Assembly (NCBI GenBank): GCA_016840165.1
Contig: JAEOSU010000063.1
Coordinates: 1-40,240, forward strand
Length of the DNA stretch: 40,240 nt
Direction: 5' to 3'
From: Promethearchaeota archaeon
GTDB taxonomy: Archaea; Asgardarchaeota; Lokiarchaeia; Sigyniarchaeales; SOKP01
Shown: one piece after another, positions 9,953 through 18,196 of the stretch
Layout: the number at the start of each line of letters is the position of its first letter
Numbering within the stretch: position 1 is the first letter of the stretch
The notes under the pieces: generated by a model
The model's input: the letters and a program-made list of their open reading frames with translations, nothing else
Told to the model about the DNA's origin: nothing
Databases searched by the model: none
Made by a program: the position numbers and the translations under genes

Positions 9953-10369
9953 ATGACCTTAAAATCTGAAAACGGAAATTTGAAGTATCAAATCGCGATT
10001 CCCTTGTTGATTTGGGGAGTAATCAATATAATTATGAGTATTATCTATCTATTTACCTCTTCTGACCTAATTAAAGGTGTATTAACCCAGTCATTTTTCT
10101 GGGGATTTATCGATGGAATTATTGGATTAGTGACTCTTATAATAAAAAAAGATTTTGACCTAACAAAAATCAAAAAGATCTTTTTGGTAAACGTATACTT
10201 AGACGTTCTTTATGTCATCATTGGTCTTTTTTTAGTAATTTTGGGCAGTAGTACGTATGTGATAGGCAATGGTTATGGGGTTATTATTCAAGGCCTATTT
10301 TTGCTCAGCGTTGACATCATCCATTATAGTCATGTTAAAAAGATCCTCATAGAAAAGAGAGAAATTTGA
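9953..10369 (+). CDS. 4-TM membrane protein (DUF6992-like)
   Basis: Pattern WGFIDGIIG...NVYLDVLYV...GYGVIIQGLFLLSVD. Confidence 0.65.
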   Translation: MTLKSENGNLKYQIAIPLLIWGVINIIMSIIYLFTSSDLIKGVLTQSFFWGFIDGIIGLVTLIIKKDFDLTKIKKIFLVNVYLDVLYVIIGLFLVILGSSTYVIGNGYGVIIQGLFLLSVDIIHYSHVKKILIEKREI

Positions 10370-10430
10370 TATTACTACTAAATTTTTAATACAAATACTT
10401 ACGATTCATTTAGAATATACACTTCCTCAG

Positions 10431-10619
10431 ATGCAAAAATTCAATTTAAAGGATAAATACTCCCACAATCTCGGAAATGCACTTCAAGCAATATATACCC
10501 CATCAGATTTGCTTTCAAGTTTTCAACTCAATAAAAAGGAGGAAGAGCAGCTAAAAGTAACATTATCCGATACGCTTCAAGAAGCAACAAAACTTTTAAA
10601 AGAAATAAGGGAATTTTAA
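10431..10619 (+). CDS. Stand-alone HisKA/DHp-like mini protein or 3' remnant of a sensor gene
   Basis: KDKYSHNLGNALQAI resembles an H-box and is followed by a second amphipathic helix. The frame is open upstream to 10353 without a start codon. Confidence 0.45.
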   Translation: MQKFNLKDKYSHNLGNALQAIYTPSDLLSSFQLNKKEEEQLKVTLSDTLQEATKLLKEIREF

Positions 10620-10716
10620 ATATTTTCTATTAAAGAATGTAAAAAAGGAAAAAAAAGAAATTTAATTAGCAATGAATACAAACCTAGACTATATTTACGA
10701 AAACCTATCTAACGCT

Positions 10717-10929
10717 TTACTTGAAGTATTTAATGGCGAGTAGGATATCATCCTTCGTCACTTTCTTGCGTTTAGCGTGCTTGGTTAAGGTCAAGGCTTG
10801 TTTTGTGATCTTCTCGGCCGCTTGACCCATCCAATCAACAAGCTCATCAACCGCATCGCGGGCGACGATAATTGCACCATTATGCTTCATTAAGCGTCTG
10901 ATGGGACTCCAACTTATATATTCAGACAT
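10717..10929 (-). CDS. Archaeal histone (HMf-like singlet, tailless)
   Basis: Aligns to the HMfB fold: PIRRLMK..GA..V..DA...HAKRKKVTKDDILLA. It has a GGAGG SD and GC-richer codons suggesting high expression. Confidence 0.95.
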   Translation of the reverse strand: MSEYISWSPIRRLMKHNGAIIVARDAVDELVDWMGQAAEKITKQALTLTKHAKRKKVTKDDILLAIKYFK

Positions 10930-11388
10930 TTTTATTCCTCCACTTTTTATTTAATTAAAAATATTTAATACGAAATTGTTATTTTTTATGAGTTAGTTAT
11001 ATAGTATTACATCTTTCATATATTTAAAGATTTTGCTATTTGCTTAAGCATAGGGGGAATAAAATGAAAAAAAATGCAAAATTTTGTCGGCGATATGCTC
11101 TAAGATCAATCTCGTGCAACTTCATATAAATTGATAGAATTCATGATTTTTCAAATAACATTAACAATATCATATAATATCTTCATTATAATAAGCCAGT
11201 CTAGTCTATAAGCTAAAAGTTAAAGCAATTTACAATTTTTAATTAAATTCTGAGACGCTAATTTGAGTAATTTTGTGAGAATTTGGAGTTGGAAAAATTA
11301 ATTAAAACCATTAAAAAGGAGGGTTTATGATAGAATAGAGTAAAATTATAGATTCAAGATCAATAATATTGCATAGAATCTATTTGGA

Positions 11389-12399
11389 TTAGTCTTTCCA
11401 AGCAGTTTGCTTATACTTGCATTTAGAACATTCAATTTCCACGCCTTTTTTAGGAAATTTGGGTAGAATAGCGCCGCAATACTTACATTCTAGATTAATT
11501 ACTTGATCTACATCATTAATAACATTATTAATCACAAGTCGATTGATAAACTCATTATAAATATTTGTAAGAAGTGAAATAAGAATGCTAGGTTCTTGGG
11601 ACGCGCAAAGCCATTCTAACTTATTGGCAACAACTTGTCCTATGACGAGGATATCCTTACTTGAAACTAGCTCAGTGCCAAAATACCACGCATGGTATTC
11701 TTTTTTCTTTTTTTCTTTTTGCTCGGTAATAAGTTGAAAGTTAAATTGTTGGATCGTTTGTTGAATCAAGGTAAAATAATAATCGTCATCAAAAGGGTTA
11801 TCAATTGCGATTCCTACACTTTTAATTGCTTTTTTTATTTCATTTTGATTTAGAAACTCACTGACCTTTGAAGTGGGCAAGATTTTCCTCTCAATGGATA
11901 TAGGATCAAAACGAATCGGAATCGGATCAGAATCAAGGGCTCTTACGAAATCAGCATTATTGACAAAGGTTATGTAGGCTCGTATGGTTCCCTCGTCTTC
12001 CAATCGGAAGGGATTAAAGAAGAGATTGACTTGCTTGTTGGAATGTTCGTCGATTTTTTCGAATTCTATTCTGGTCTGAAATTCTCCCTCTTCTAAGTCG
12101 ATAGAATCAATAGTAACGGTAGGAGGATCGCTTCGAGATAAAAATAAAAAATCAGGATATCTCACACGTATTTTTATTTCAGTGATAGGTGCCAGGCTTT
12201 GGTTCGCAATAACTAATGAAAATAAATAATTTCCTCCAAAGGGTTTGAAATCGTACACAAGTTTTATTTTATCTTCTTGATCAATATATTCTATGGGAGC
12301 AACTTCTTGTTGCTGTTGACTCTTCTGGGCTTTTTCTTCTCGGAAAACAACCAAACCCTTAATATCTTCTTCATTTGAGGTATTTTTTCGATTTGACAT
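11389..12399 (-). CDS. Hypothetical protein: beta-sandwich + alpha/beta domain + C-terminal Zn ribbon (adaptin-appendage-like by pattern)
   Basis: Alternating beta strands (YLFSLVIANQS, ITEIKIRVRYP, KQVNLFFNP, GTIRAYITFVN), then an alpha/beta region, then CKYC-x15-CSKC. Confidence 0.6.
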   Translation of the reverse strand: MSNRKNTSNEEDIKGLVVFREEKAQKSQQQQEVAPIEYIDQEDKIKLVYDFKPFGGNYLFSLVIANQSLAPITEIKIRVRYPDFLFLSRSDPPTVTIDSIDLEEGEFQTRIEFEKIDEHSNKQVNLFFNPFRLEDEGTIRAYITFVNNADFVRALDSDPIPIRFDPISIERKILPTSKVSEFLNQNEIKKAIKSVGIAIDNPFDDDYYFTLIQQTIQQFNFQLITEQKEKKKKEYHAWYFGTELVSSKDILVIGQVVANKLEWLCASQEPSILISLLTNIYNEFINRLVINNVINDVDQVINLECKYCGAILPKFPKKGVEIECSKCKYKQTAWKD

Positions 12400-12524
12400 T
12401 AGATTTTTCGTGACTACACGAAATTTAGATTCTTATCGGTAATATAAACATAAAATGTTTTTGTATTTATTTATTTATTTTCTCATATCTTTTTTATTAC
12501 TAATGATTAGATCCATATGAGAAA

Positions 12525-13238
12525 ATGAACATTTTTGATGAGTTAGATGAATTATTTGAAAGTAAAACTATCAAACCCTCTTTCGATTATATTCACATTA
12601 TTCTGAGTTTGTATATTTTTGGAAAACATCCACGAGGAATTGGGAGATATCGATTAGGAAAAGAGTTGAATTTGGGTTCTGGAACGGTTAGATCCTTGAT
12701 GGATAAACTTAAAAAAGATAATATTAATTTCATCGAAGTAACAGATTATAATTCAGGTAAAAATAGTGATCAAAAAAAGAAAGGGCATGTATTAACTAGG
12801 AAAGGGTTAGATTTTCTCACAAAGGTTAAAAAGAAAATTCCTTTGATTGAAAAGGGAGATTATTCAATATTAAAATCTATTATTATTGAATCTGAAAATG
12901 TGAGTATATACATATGTCTTGTAAAAAATGCTGGAGAAAAGATAGGCAATGGTGTAGAGCAAAGGGATGCAGCGATAAAAATGAATGGTTTAGGTGCAAC
13001 ATGTCTCATATTTGACGGAAATAGTTTAAGATTTCCCTCCCAAACTAGAAAAGATTTCGACCAAAATAAAATTCGCGTTAATGAAAAGATAATGAAATAT
13101 ATAAGGATAAAGTTGATCAATGCTAATATAGAATTTCAGAAGAATGACGTTATCATTATTGGATTAGCAGATAGTTCTTACAAAGCTCGCTTAGCAGCTT
13201 TTAATGCTGCATTAACATTGCTTGAAGATGAAAATTAA
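12525..13238 (+). CDS. Winged-HTH protein of DUF2111/DUF4443 type
   Basis: GIGRYRLGKELNLGSGTVRSLM HTH, GHVLTRKG wing, and C-terminal GVEQRDAAIKMNGLGAT...DVIIIG. Confidence 0.75.
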   Translation: MNIFDELDELFESKTIKPSFDYIHIILSLYIFGKHPRGIGRYRLGKELNLGSGTVRSLMDKLKKDNINFIEVTDYNSGKNSDQKKKGHVLTRKGLDFLTKVKKKIPLIEKGDYSILKSIIIESENVSIYICLVKNAGEKIGNGVEQRDAAIKMNGLGATCLIFDGNSLRFPSQTRKDFDQNKIRVNEKIMKYIRIKLINANIEFQKNDVIIIGLADSSYKARLAAFNAALTLLEDEN

Positions 13239-13773
13239 CGAGTTGATGATTATAGAGTATCAAGAAGACATTAAACTCCAAATACCTAAAGAGATCCTAA
13301 GTGAGTTAAAAAAATGTGTCCAAGTAGCTTATCCAAATGAAGCATGTGGGATTGTTTTCGGGGAGATTTCCCAAATTCCTAATGAAGCTTTAGAGGATGA
13401 TTATTTTTATCATTACACAGCTAAAAAATTTAGCTGCATTAGATCGGATAAAAAGTCAATGGTGGCATTTTTAATCAAAAATATCGAACAACTCCATCAG
13501 ACTATTGTAAAAGTAATGTTAGAACTAGATATTAATGCAAAAGCGCGATTAATTAGTATTTTCCATTCGCATCCTTCCGGAAATCGTCCAAGTACGTCTG
13601 ATATAGAGAATATGAGATTTTTAAATGAGTTTAGTAATAGGGATCATAAATTTATAAGTAAAGCCTTCAAAAATTTAATCTGGTTGATCATGGACGGTTC
13701 TTGCTTTGAACTAAGTGGATTTATCTATATTAATTCTCACTTATATCAGATTGATATTAAAATAAATGAATAA
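13228..13773 (+). CDS. JAMM/MPN+ (Mov34/PAD1) metallo-isopeptidase
   Basis: YPNEACG (catalytic E) and FHSHPSGNRPSTSD (HxH...SxxD) are intact. The gene overlaps the upstream gene's end (ATG at 13228; track TTG at 13222). Confidence 0.9.
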   Translation: MKINELMIIEYQEDIKLQIPKEILSELKKCVQVAYPNEACGIVFGEISQIPNEALEDDYFYHYTAKKFSCIRSDKKSMVAFLIKNIEQLHQTIVKVMLELDINAKARLISIFHSHPSGNRPSTSDIENMRFLNEFSNRDHKFISKAFKNLIWLIMDGSCFELSGFIYINSHLYQIDIKINE

Positions 13774-13787
13774 AGTAAAATTTTAAT

Positions 13788-14429
13788 TTACTCTACTTGA
13801 GTAAAACCATTCTTATCGATTGTGCAGAGCTGGATTTTATATCCTGAACCCGCATCTCTTTCACGAGAACTAGAAATAGCCGTTTTAATTAAATTAATAC
13901 CTTGATTTTTCGTAAGATTCGGCTTCCAATCCGCTTCTAAAACACCTAAAGAAAATGGAGAACCGCTCCCAAAAGAGAGAAAATTTTCCTCCGTGTATAA
14001 TGTTCCCAATAAATCCACCCCATAAAGAACTCCTTTAGATTCTTTTAAAGAATATCCTCCTATGATCATCATTGCAAGATAATAAGAGCGACCACTAAAA
14101 AGGATATTTCTAGTTACACTTGCAATATATTTAGGTTCAGGAACTTTTTCAACTTCCACTTGTTTCAATCGTGAGAATGCCTGTAATTGATTAATGACAT
14201 ATTGACAATCTGCAACGCCTCCCGAAATTGTTGCACAGGTATAATCGTTAATCTGAAAGAGTTTCTGAGCGGTTTTTGCAGCAACGGTATATCCAGCTGT
14301 AGCTTGTGATTCTGTACCAACGACAACCCCATCTTTTACTATAACTCCCACAGTAGTGGTACTTGACTTTACTATACGCTCTAACTCGCTTTTATCCAGA
14401 TTAGGTATATTAATATTATTCTCCATCAT
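13788..14429 (-). CDS. psmB: Proteasome 20S beta subunit
   Basis: Propeptide followed by TTTVGV.VKDGVVVGTESQAT, Lys33-equivalent (AQKLFQI), SGGVADCQ, GSGS, RDAGSG. Confidence 0.95.
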   Translation of the reverse strand: MMENNINIPNLDKSELERIVKSSTTTVGVIVKDGVVVGTESQATAGYTVAAKTAQKLFQINDYTCATISGGVADCQYVINQLQAFSRLKQVEVEKVPEPKYIASVTRNILFSGRSYYLAMMIIGGYSLKESKGVLYGVDLLGTLYTEENFLSFGSGSPFSLGVLEADWKPNLTKNQGINLIKTAISSSRERDAGSGYKIQLCTIDKNGFTQVE

Positions 14430-14604
14430 TTTCTTTTAATCATTCCAAGAAATTTATTGTATTTGATATATTTTATGTAAAATAAATTAATTAAGTCTAT
14501 ATTTATTTTTCTTTTAATATTTATAAACCATGAAACCCAAAAATTTTAAAGATATTGTATATTATCATAACTATCATTTTTTAGCTCATGAGTAGCGTAA
14601 TATC

Positions 14605-14988
14605 ATGGCAAGAAGTCAAGCGAGAAGTAAAAGAAAATTTACTGGAAAAAAATATAAGCATTTTCGCAAGAAAAGAAAAAGAGAACTTGAACGCCCTCCT
14701 ATAGAAACCCAAATGGGGGAATTGAAAAAGAAAAAACAGAGAACGTTAGGAGGAAACTATAAATTAAAGTTGTTCTCGACTCCTTATATTAATGTCACCG
14801 ACCCAAGTTCCAATAAAACTTCCAAAGTAAAGATCCTTCGTTTTGAAAGCAACCCTTCATCAAAAGATTATAACCGCAGACACATATTAACAAAAGGAAC
14901 AATTGTTGAGACTGAATTGGGAAAAGCTAGAATTACATCCAGACCTGGTCAGCATGGAGTTCTAAATGCTGTAGTAATAAAAGAGTAA
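14605..14988 (+). CDS. rps8e: 30S ribosomal protein S8e
   Basis: Motifs RSKRKFTG...RKKRKRELER, RTLGGNYKLKL, NRRHILTKGTIVETELGKARITSRPGQHGVLNAV. Confidence 0.98.
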   Translation: MARSQARSKRKFTGKKYKHFRKKRKRELERPPIETQMGELKKKKQRTLGGNYKLKLFSTPYINVTDPSSNKTSKVKILRFESNPSSKDYNRRHILTKGTIVETELGKARITSRPGQHGVLNAVVIKE

Positions 14989-15030
14989 TTGCTTCTTTTT
15001 CGATATTTTTTATCTGAATCCAATATTAGC

Positions 15031-15402
15031 TTATTCCTGGATTTTAATATTTTTCACGTTTGCTTTTTTACCATCGATAATTTCAGTATTCTTACTATGA
15101 CAGAATTTACATTGAAATAATTGGAGTCCAGTTAATTGTGCTTCTTCATTCAATGTGACTGTTGAGATCTTGTTACATTCCCTACATCGAATCTTTCCCG
15201 GGATAATCTCAATCTTTAATTCAGCACCTTCAGCGATTGATCCTTTTGTAGCCATTATGAATGATTGCTTAAGTAAATGAGGTACAATTAAAGTAAGTTC
15301 TCCAATCTCAAGATAGACTTCTGTTATTCTTTTTGCATTATATTTTGTAGCAGTAGCTTCTGCGACCTTGAATATGTCATATGCGAACGCAAATTCATGC
15401 AT
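15031..15402 (-). CDS. hypA: Hydrogenase maturation nickel metallochaperone HypA
   Basis: N-terminal MHE, EIGELT, and two CxxC (CREC, CKFC). Confidence 0.93.
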   Translation of the reverse strand: MHEFAFAYDIFKVAEATATKYNAKRITEVYLEIGELTLIVPHLLKQSFIMATKGSIAEGAELKIEIIPGKIRCRECNKISTVTLNEEAQLTGLQLFQCKFCHSKNTEIIDGKKANVKNIKIQE

Positions 15403-15415
15403 AATATTAAATATC

Positions 15416-15706
15416 CTATTTAATGCCTTTTTTCAATTCTTTTGCGATTTCTATCAGAACTTTTGATTTTTTTTTTCCTTTTATATCAATTAACACTCTG
15501 CCCGAGTCATCCCACCAGGTTCTAGGATATCTATAGGTATTTTCTTGCTGAACATTATATCCCAAACGTTTTGCAGCAGTGGCAATATCACTTGATTTTA
15601 CTTTATCAACTGCAAATTTCCTTGGAACGCGCCTTCCTTTGGCTCGACTTCTCTTTGCTTCAAAATACTGAGGCCAATAAATTATAAATGGTTTACGAGA
15701 TCGCAT
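15416..15706 (-). CDS. srp19: Signal recognition particle protein SRP19/Sec65
   Basis: Motifs IYWPQYF...SRAKGRRVP...YPRTWW..SGRV...KSKVLIEIA. Confidence 0.95.
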   Translation of the reverse strand: MRSRKPFIIYWPQYFEAKRSRAKGRRVPRKFAVDKVKSSDIATAAKRLGYNVQQENTYRYPRTWWDDSGRVLIDIKGKKKSKVLIEIAKELKKGIK

Positions 15707-15893
15707 TGTTAGACAAGTTGAATAATAATCTAGCGAAACTATATGAATAAAAACCCTCTACATAATTTAAAAATTATGAGAATATATTATAAAGATAATT
15801 AAAGATAAATAGAGTTTATGATTTTTATTTGTAACATTCCTTTCACGCAATTTAAAAAAGCTTTACTTTTATTTTATTACCCCATTTTGTTAT

Positions 15894-15967
15894 GGGAGGG
15901 TGGTCTAGCTTGGTATGATACTTGGCTGGGGGCCAAGTGGTCGGGGGTTCAATTCCCCCCTCTCCCA
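15894..15967 (+). tRNA. tRNA-Pro (GGG)
   Basis: Acceptor stem GGGAGGG/CTCTCCC, anticodon arm CTTGG-CTGGGGG-CCAAG, T arm GGGGG-TTCAATT-CCCCC, discriminator A. CCA is not encoded, and a T-tract follows. Confidence 0.95.
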
Positions 15968-16140
15968 TTGTTCAGATCTTCTTTTTTTTGATATATTTTT
16001 GCTATAATTTTAATAATATTAATGATTTCTAATTCTGATTAAACAATCCAAGAATTTGATTTTACAAATTTTTTAATGGATTCTATATTAAACTTCTTAA
16101 TTTCAAATCTAATTTAATTAAAAAAAGAGATGATTATCAA

Positions 16141-16788
16141 TTGGTGTTATTTTTAAATAATCCTGAGGCTACTGCCAAAGCTCTGAGCATTTTACGAAGT
16201 GGTGATAATTTTAATCTATACGTTATTTTTATGCTGGTAGCTGTACTCTATATCTATTTCAGCGAAGGAAAGAAAAAAAACTGGGGAGGAATCGCAGCAG
16301 GATTATCGCTTTATATGATTCATTGGTTCGTGGAGATCATTAATTCCATCATTCAGCATGTATCAGGGCATGCACTTTGGACGGTTCCTGCAGGCACGGC
16401 ATATTTAATATTTGTTGGGGTTGGCATAGAATTGAGTTTGATGTTTTCAATTGCTGGTTTAGCGGTAAGTAAGCTGCTTCCAGATGATCCAAAGGAAGTG
16501 ATGTTTTCTATTGGAAGATTCGGAGTTCCAAAACCATTAGCCATAGGAATAGGTAATGCTGCTTTAGCTTCCATTATTGAGATCTTTCTTATCTATACTC
16601 AATCCTTTGTATGGGTATGGGAATGGTGGAATGCGTTCACGGTATTTATATTTGTATATATTCCATTTTTTGTGGTAGCCTGCTATGCATATTATTGGAA
16701 GCCTAAGAAACAGAGACATTTCATTGTTTCGATGGCATTAATCAACGTGGTTTTGATAGTAATTTTTGGAATTCTTGGTTGGATATAA
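16141..16788 (+). CDS. Polytopic membrane protein, function unknown
   Basis: About 6 hydrophobic segments and conserved-looking motifs (WFVEIINS, ALWT, GVGIELSLMFSIAG). Confidence 0.8.
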   Translation: MVLFLNNPEATAKALSILRSGDNFNLYVIFMLVAVLYIYFSEGKKKNWGGIAAGLSLYMIHWFVEIINSIIQHVSGHALWTVPAGTAYLIFVGVGIELSLMFSIAGLAVSKLLPDDPKEVMFSIGRFGVPKPLAIGIGNAALASIIEIFLIYTQSFVWVWEWWNAFTVFIFVYIPFFVVACYAYYWKPKKQRHFIVSMALINVVLIVIFGILGWI

Positions 16789-16913
16789 TTAAATTCTTCT
16801 TTTATTTTTTTATTTTTTAGTTCATAAAACTAATCGTAATTTGACATAAGGCTTTAAATAGAACGAATCTATTTTTTATTTAACAATTTATCAATAATTT
16901 GTGTGATGCTCAA

Positions 16914-17210
16914 ATGAGTGAAATTCAAGAAACAGATAAAACAATGCGAATTATGGCAATTATAAGCGGAATCATTGTATTTGTAGAATCGATTTTACAA
17001 TTTTTCAATATAAGCATTCTCCTGTGGGGTGGATGGATCGGAGGACTAATTGGTGTTATTTTGGCAATATGTGTAATATTTTTAGGAATACGGCCAATAC
17101 ACTATACACCCGTAATCTTAGGAGTGATAGGTGTTGTATTGATTATTTTTGCGGGTTTATTAGGAGGAATTGCTGTCCTGTTAACAACGTTTATCGGAGC
17201 AGTTAGTTAA
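16914..17210 (+). CDS. Small Gly-rich membrane protein
   Basis: ATG at 16914 follows a GTGA SD-like sequence (track start 16899). Three to four hydrophobic helices. Confidence 0.75.
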   Translation: MSEIQETDKTMRIMAIISGIIVFVESILQFFNISILLWGGWIGGLIGVILAICVIFLGIRPIHYTPVILGVIGVVLIIFAGLLGGIAVLLTTFIGAVS

Positions 17211-17299
17211 ACTTAAAAAAAATTTCATTTGCCATTTTTTTTATTCTTATTTTTGTTTTTGACGAGCCTCCTTCAGAGAAGTAATATTTAATAGGAAGA

Positions 17300-18169
17300 A
17301 TGTTTAAATTCAAATTACACATTTTAATTGTAAGTAAAATGGAGTTAAATATTGATAGCAGAATTGAATTAAATAATGGTATCCATATTCCTATTATTGG
17401 ATTAGGAACATGGCTGCTTAATGGTCAAAGCGCTTATGATGCTGTTTCATGGGCTTTAGAATTGGGTTATCGCTTAATCGATACCGCAACAATTTATGAA
17501 AATGAAAGAGAAGTAGGTGACGCAATTCATGATAGTGGAATTTCTCGTGAAGAGATATTTATAACAACAAAAGTATGGAAATCTGATCAAGGATATGATA
17601 ATACAATCGAAGCATTTAACAAAAGTCTTAAAAAACTAGGGGTAGAGTATATCGATCTTTACCTAATACACTGGCCTGTACCTGGAAAAAGTCTGGAAAC
17701 CTGGAAAGCAATGGAAAGGTTATATAATGAAAGTAAAGCAAGAGCAATTGGAGTTAGTAATTATAATCTACATTTTTTAAATGAATTACTTGAGAATTCA
17801 AATCAGATCCCTACTATAAATCAGGTGGAATTCTCACCCTTTCTTTATCAGAAGGAATTATTAGAATTTTGTGATTCGAAAGGTATTATATTAGAAGCAT
17901 ATAGCCCCTTAACTAGAGGAAAAAAATTGAAACATCATAAAATAGTAGAAATAGCACAAAAATATAATAAAAGTTCTGCTCAAATATTAGTACGATGGGG
18001 ATTACAGCATAAAGTCATCCAAATACCAAAATCAGGTAATGAAAATCATCTGAAAGACAATATAAATTTATTTGATTTTTACCTAAATGAGAGTGAAATT
18101 CGAGAGTTAGACAATTTAAATGAAGATTATAGACTTGTAGATGATCCTGTACTTTACATTAACGAATAA
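17300..18169 (+). CDS. Aldo/keto reductase (2,5-DKG reductase-like); start possibly ATG 17339
   Basis: GLGTW, IDTATIYENE, TTKVW, DLYLIHWP (D-Y-K-H tetrad), IGVSNY, NQVE, IPKS. Confidence 0.95.
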   Translation: MFKFKLHILIVSKMELNIDSRIELNNGIHIPIIGLGTWLLNGQSAYDAVSWALELGYRLIDTATIYENEREVGDAIHDSGISREEIFITTKVWKSDQGYDNTIEAFNKSLKKLGVEYIDLYLIHWPVPGKSLETWKAMERLYNESKARAIGVSNYNLHFLNELLENSNQIPTINQVEFSPFLYQKELLEFCDSKGIILEAYSPLTRGKKLKHHKIVEIAQKYNKSSAQILVRWGLQHKVIQIPKSGNENHLKDNINLFDFYLNESEIRELDNLNEDYRLVDDPVLYINE

Positions 18170-18196
18170 AGATATTGAAATTTGAAGATTTATTCC

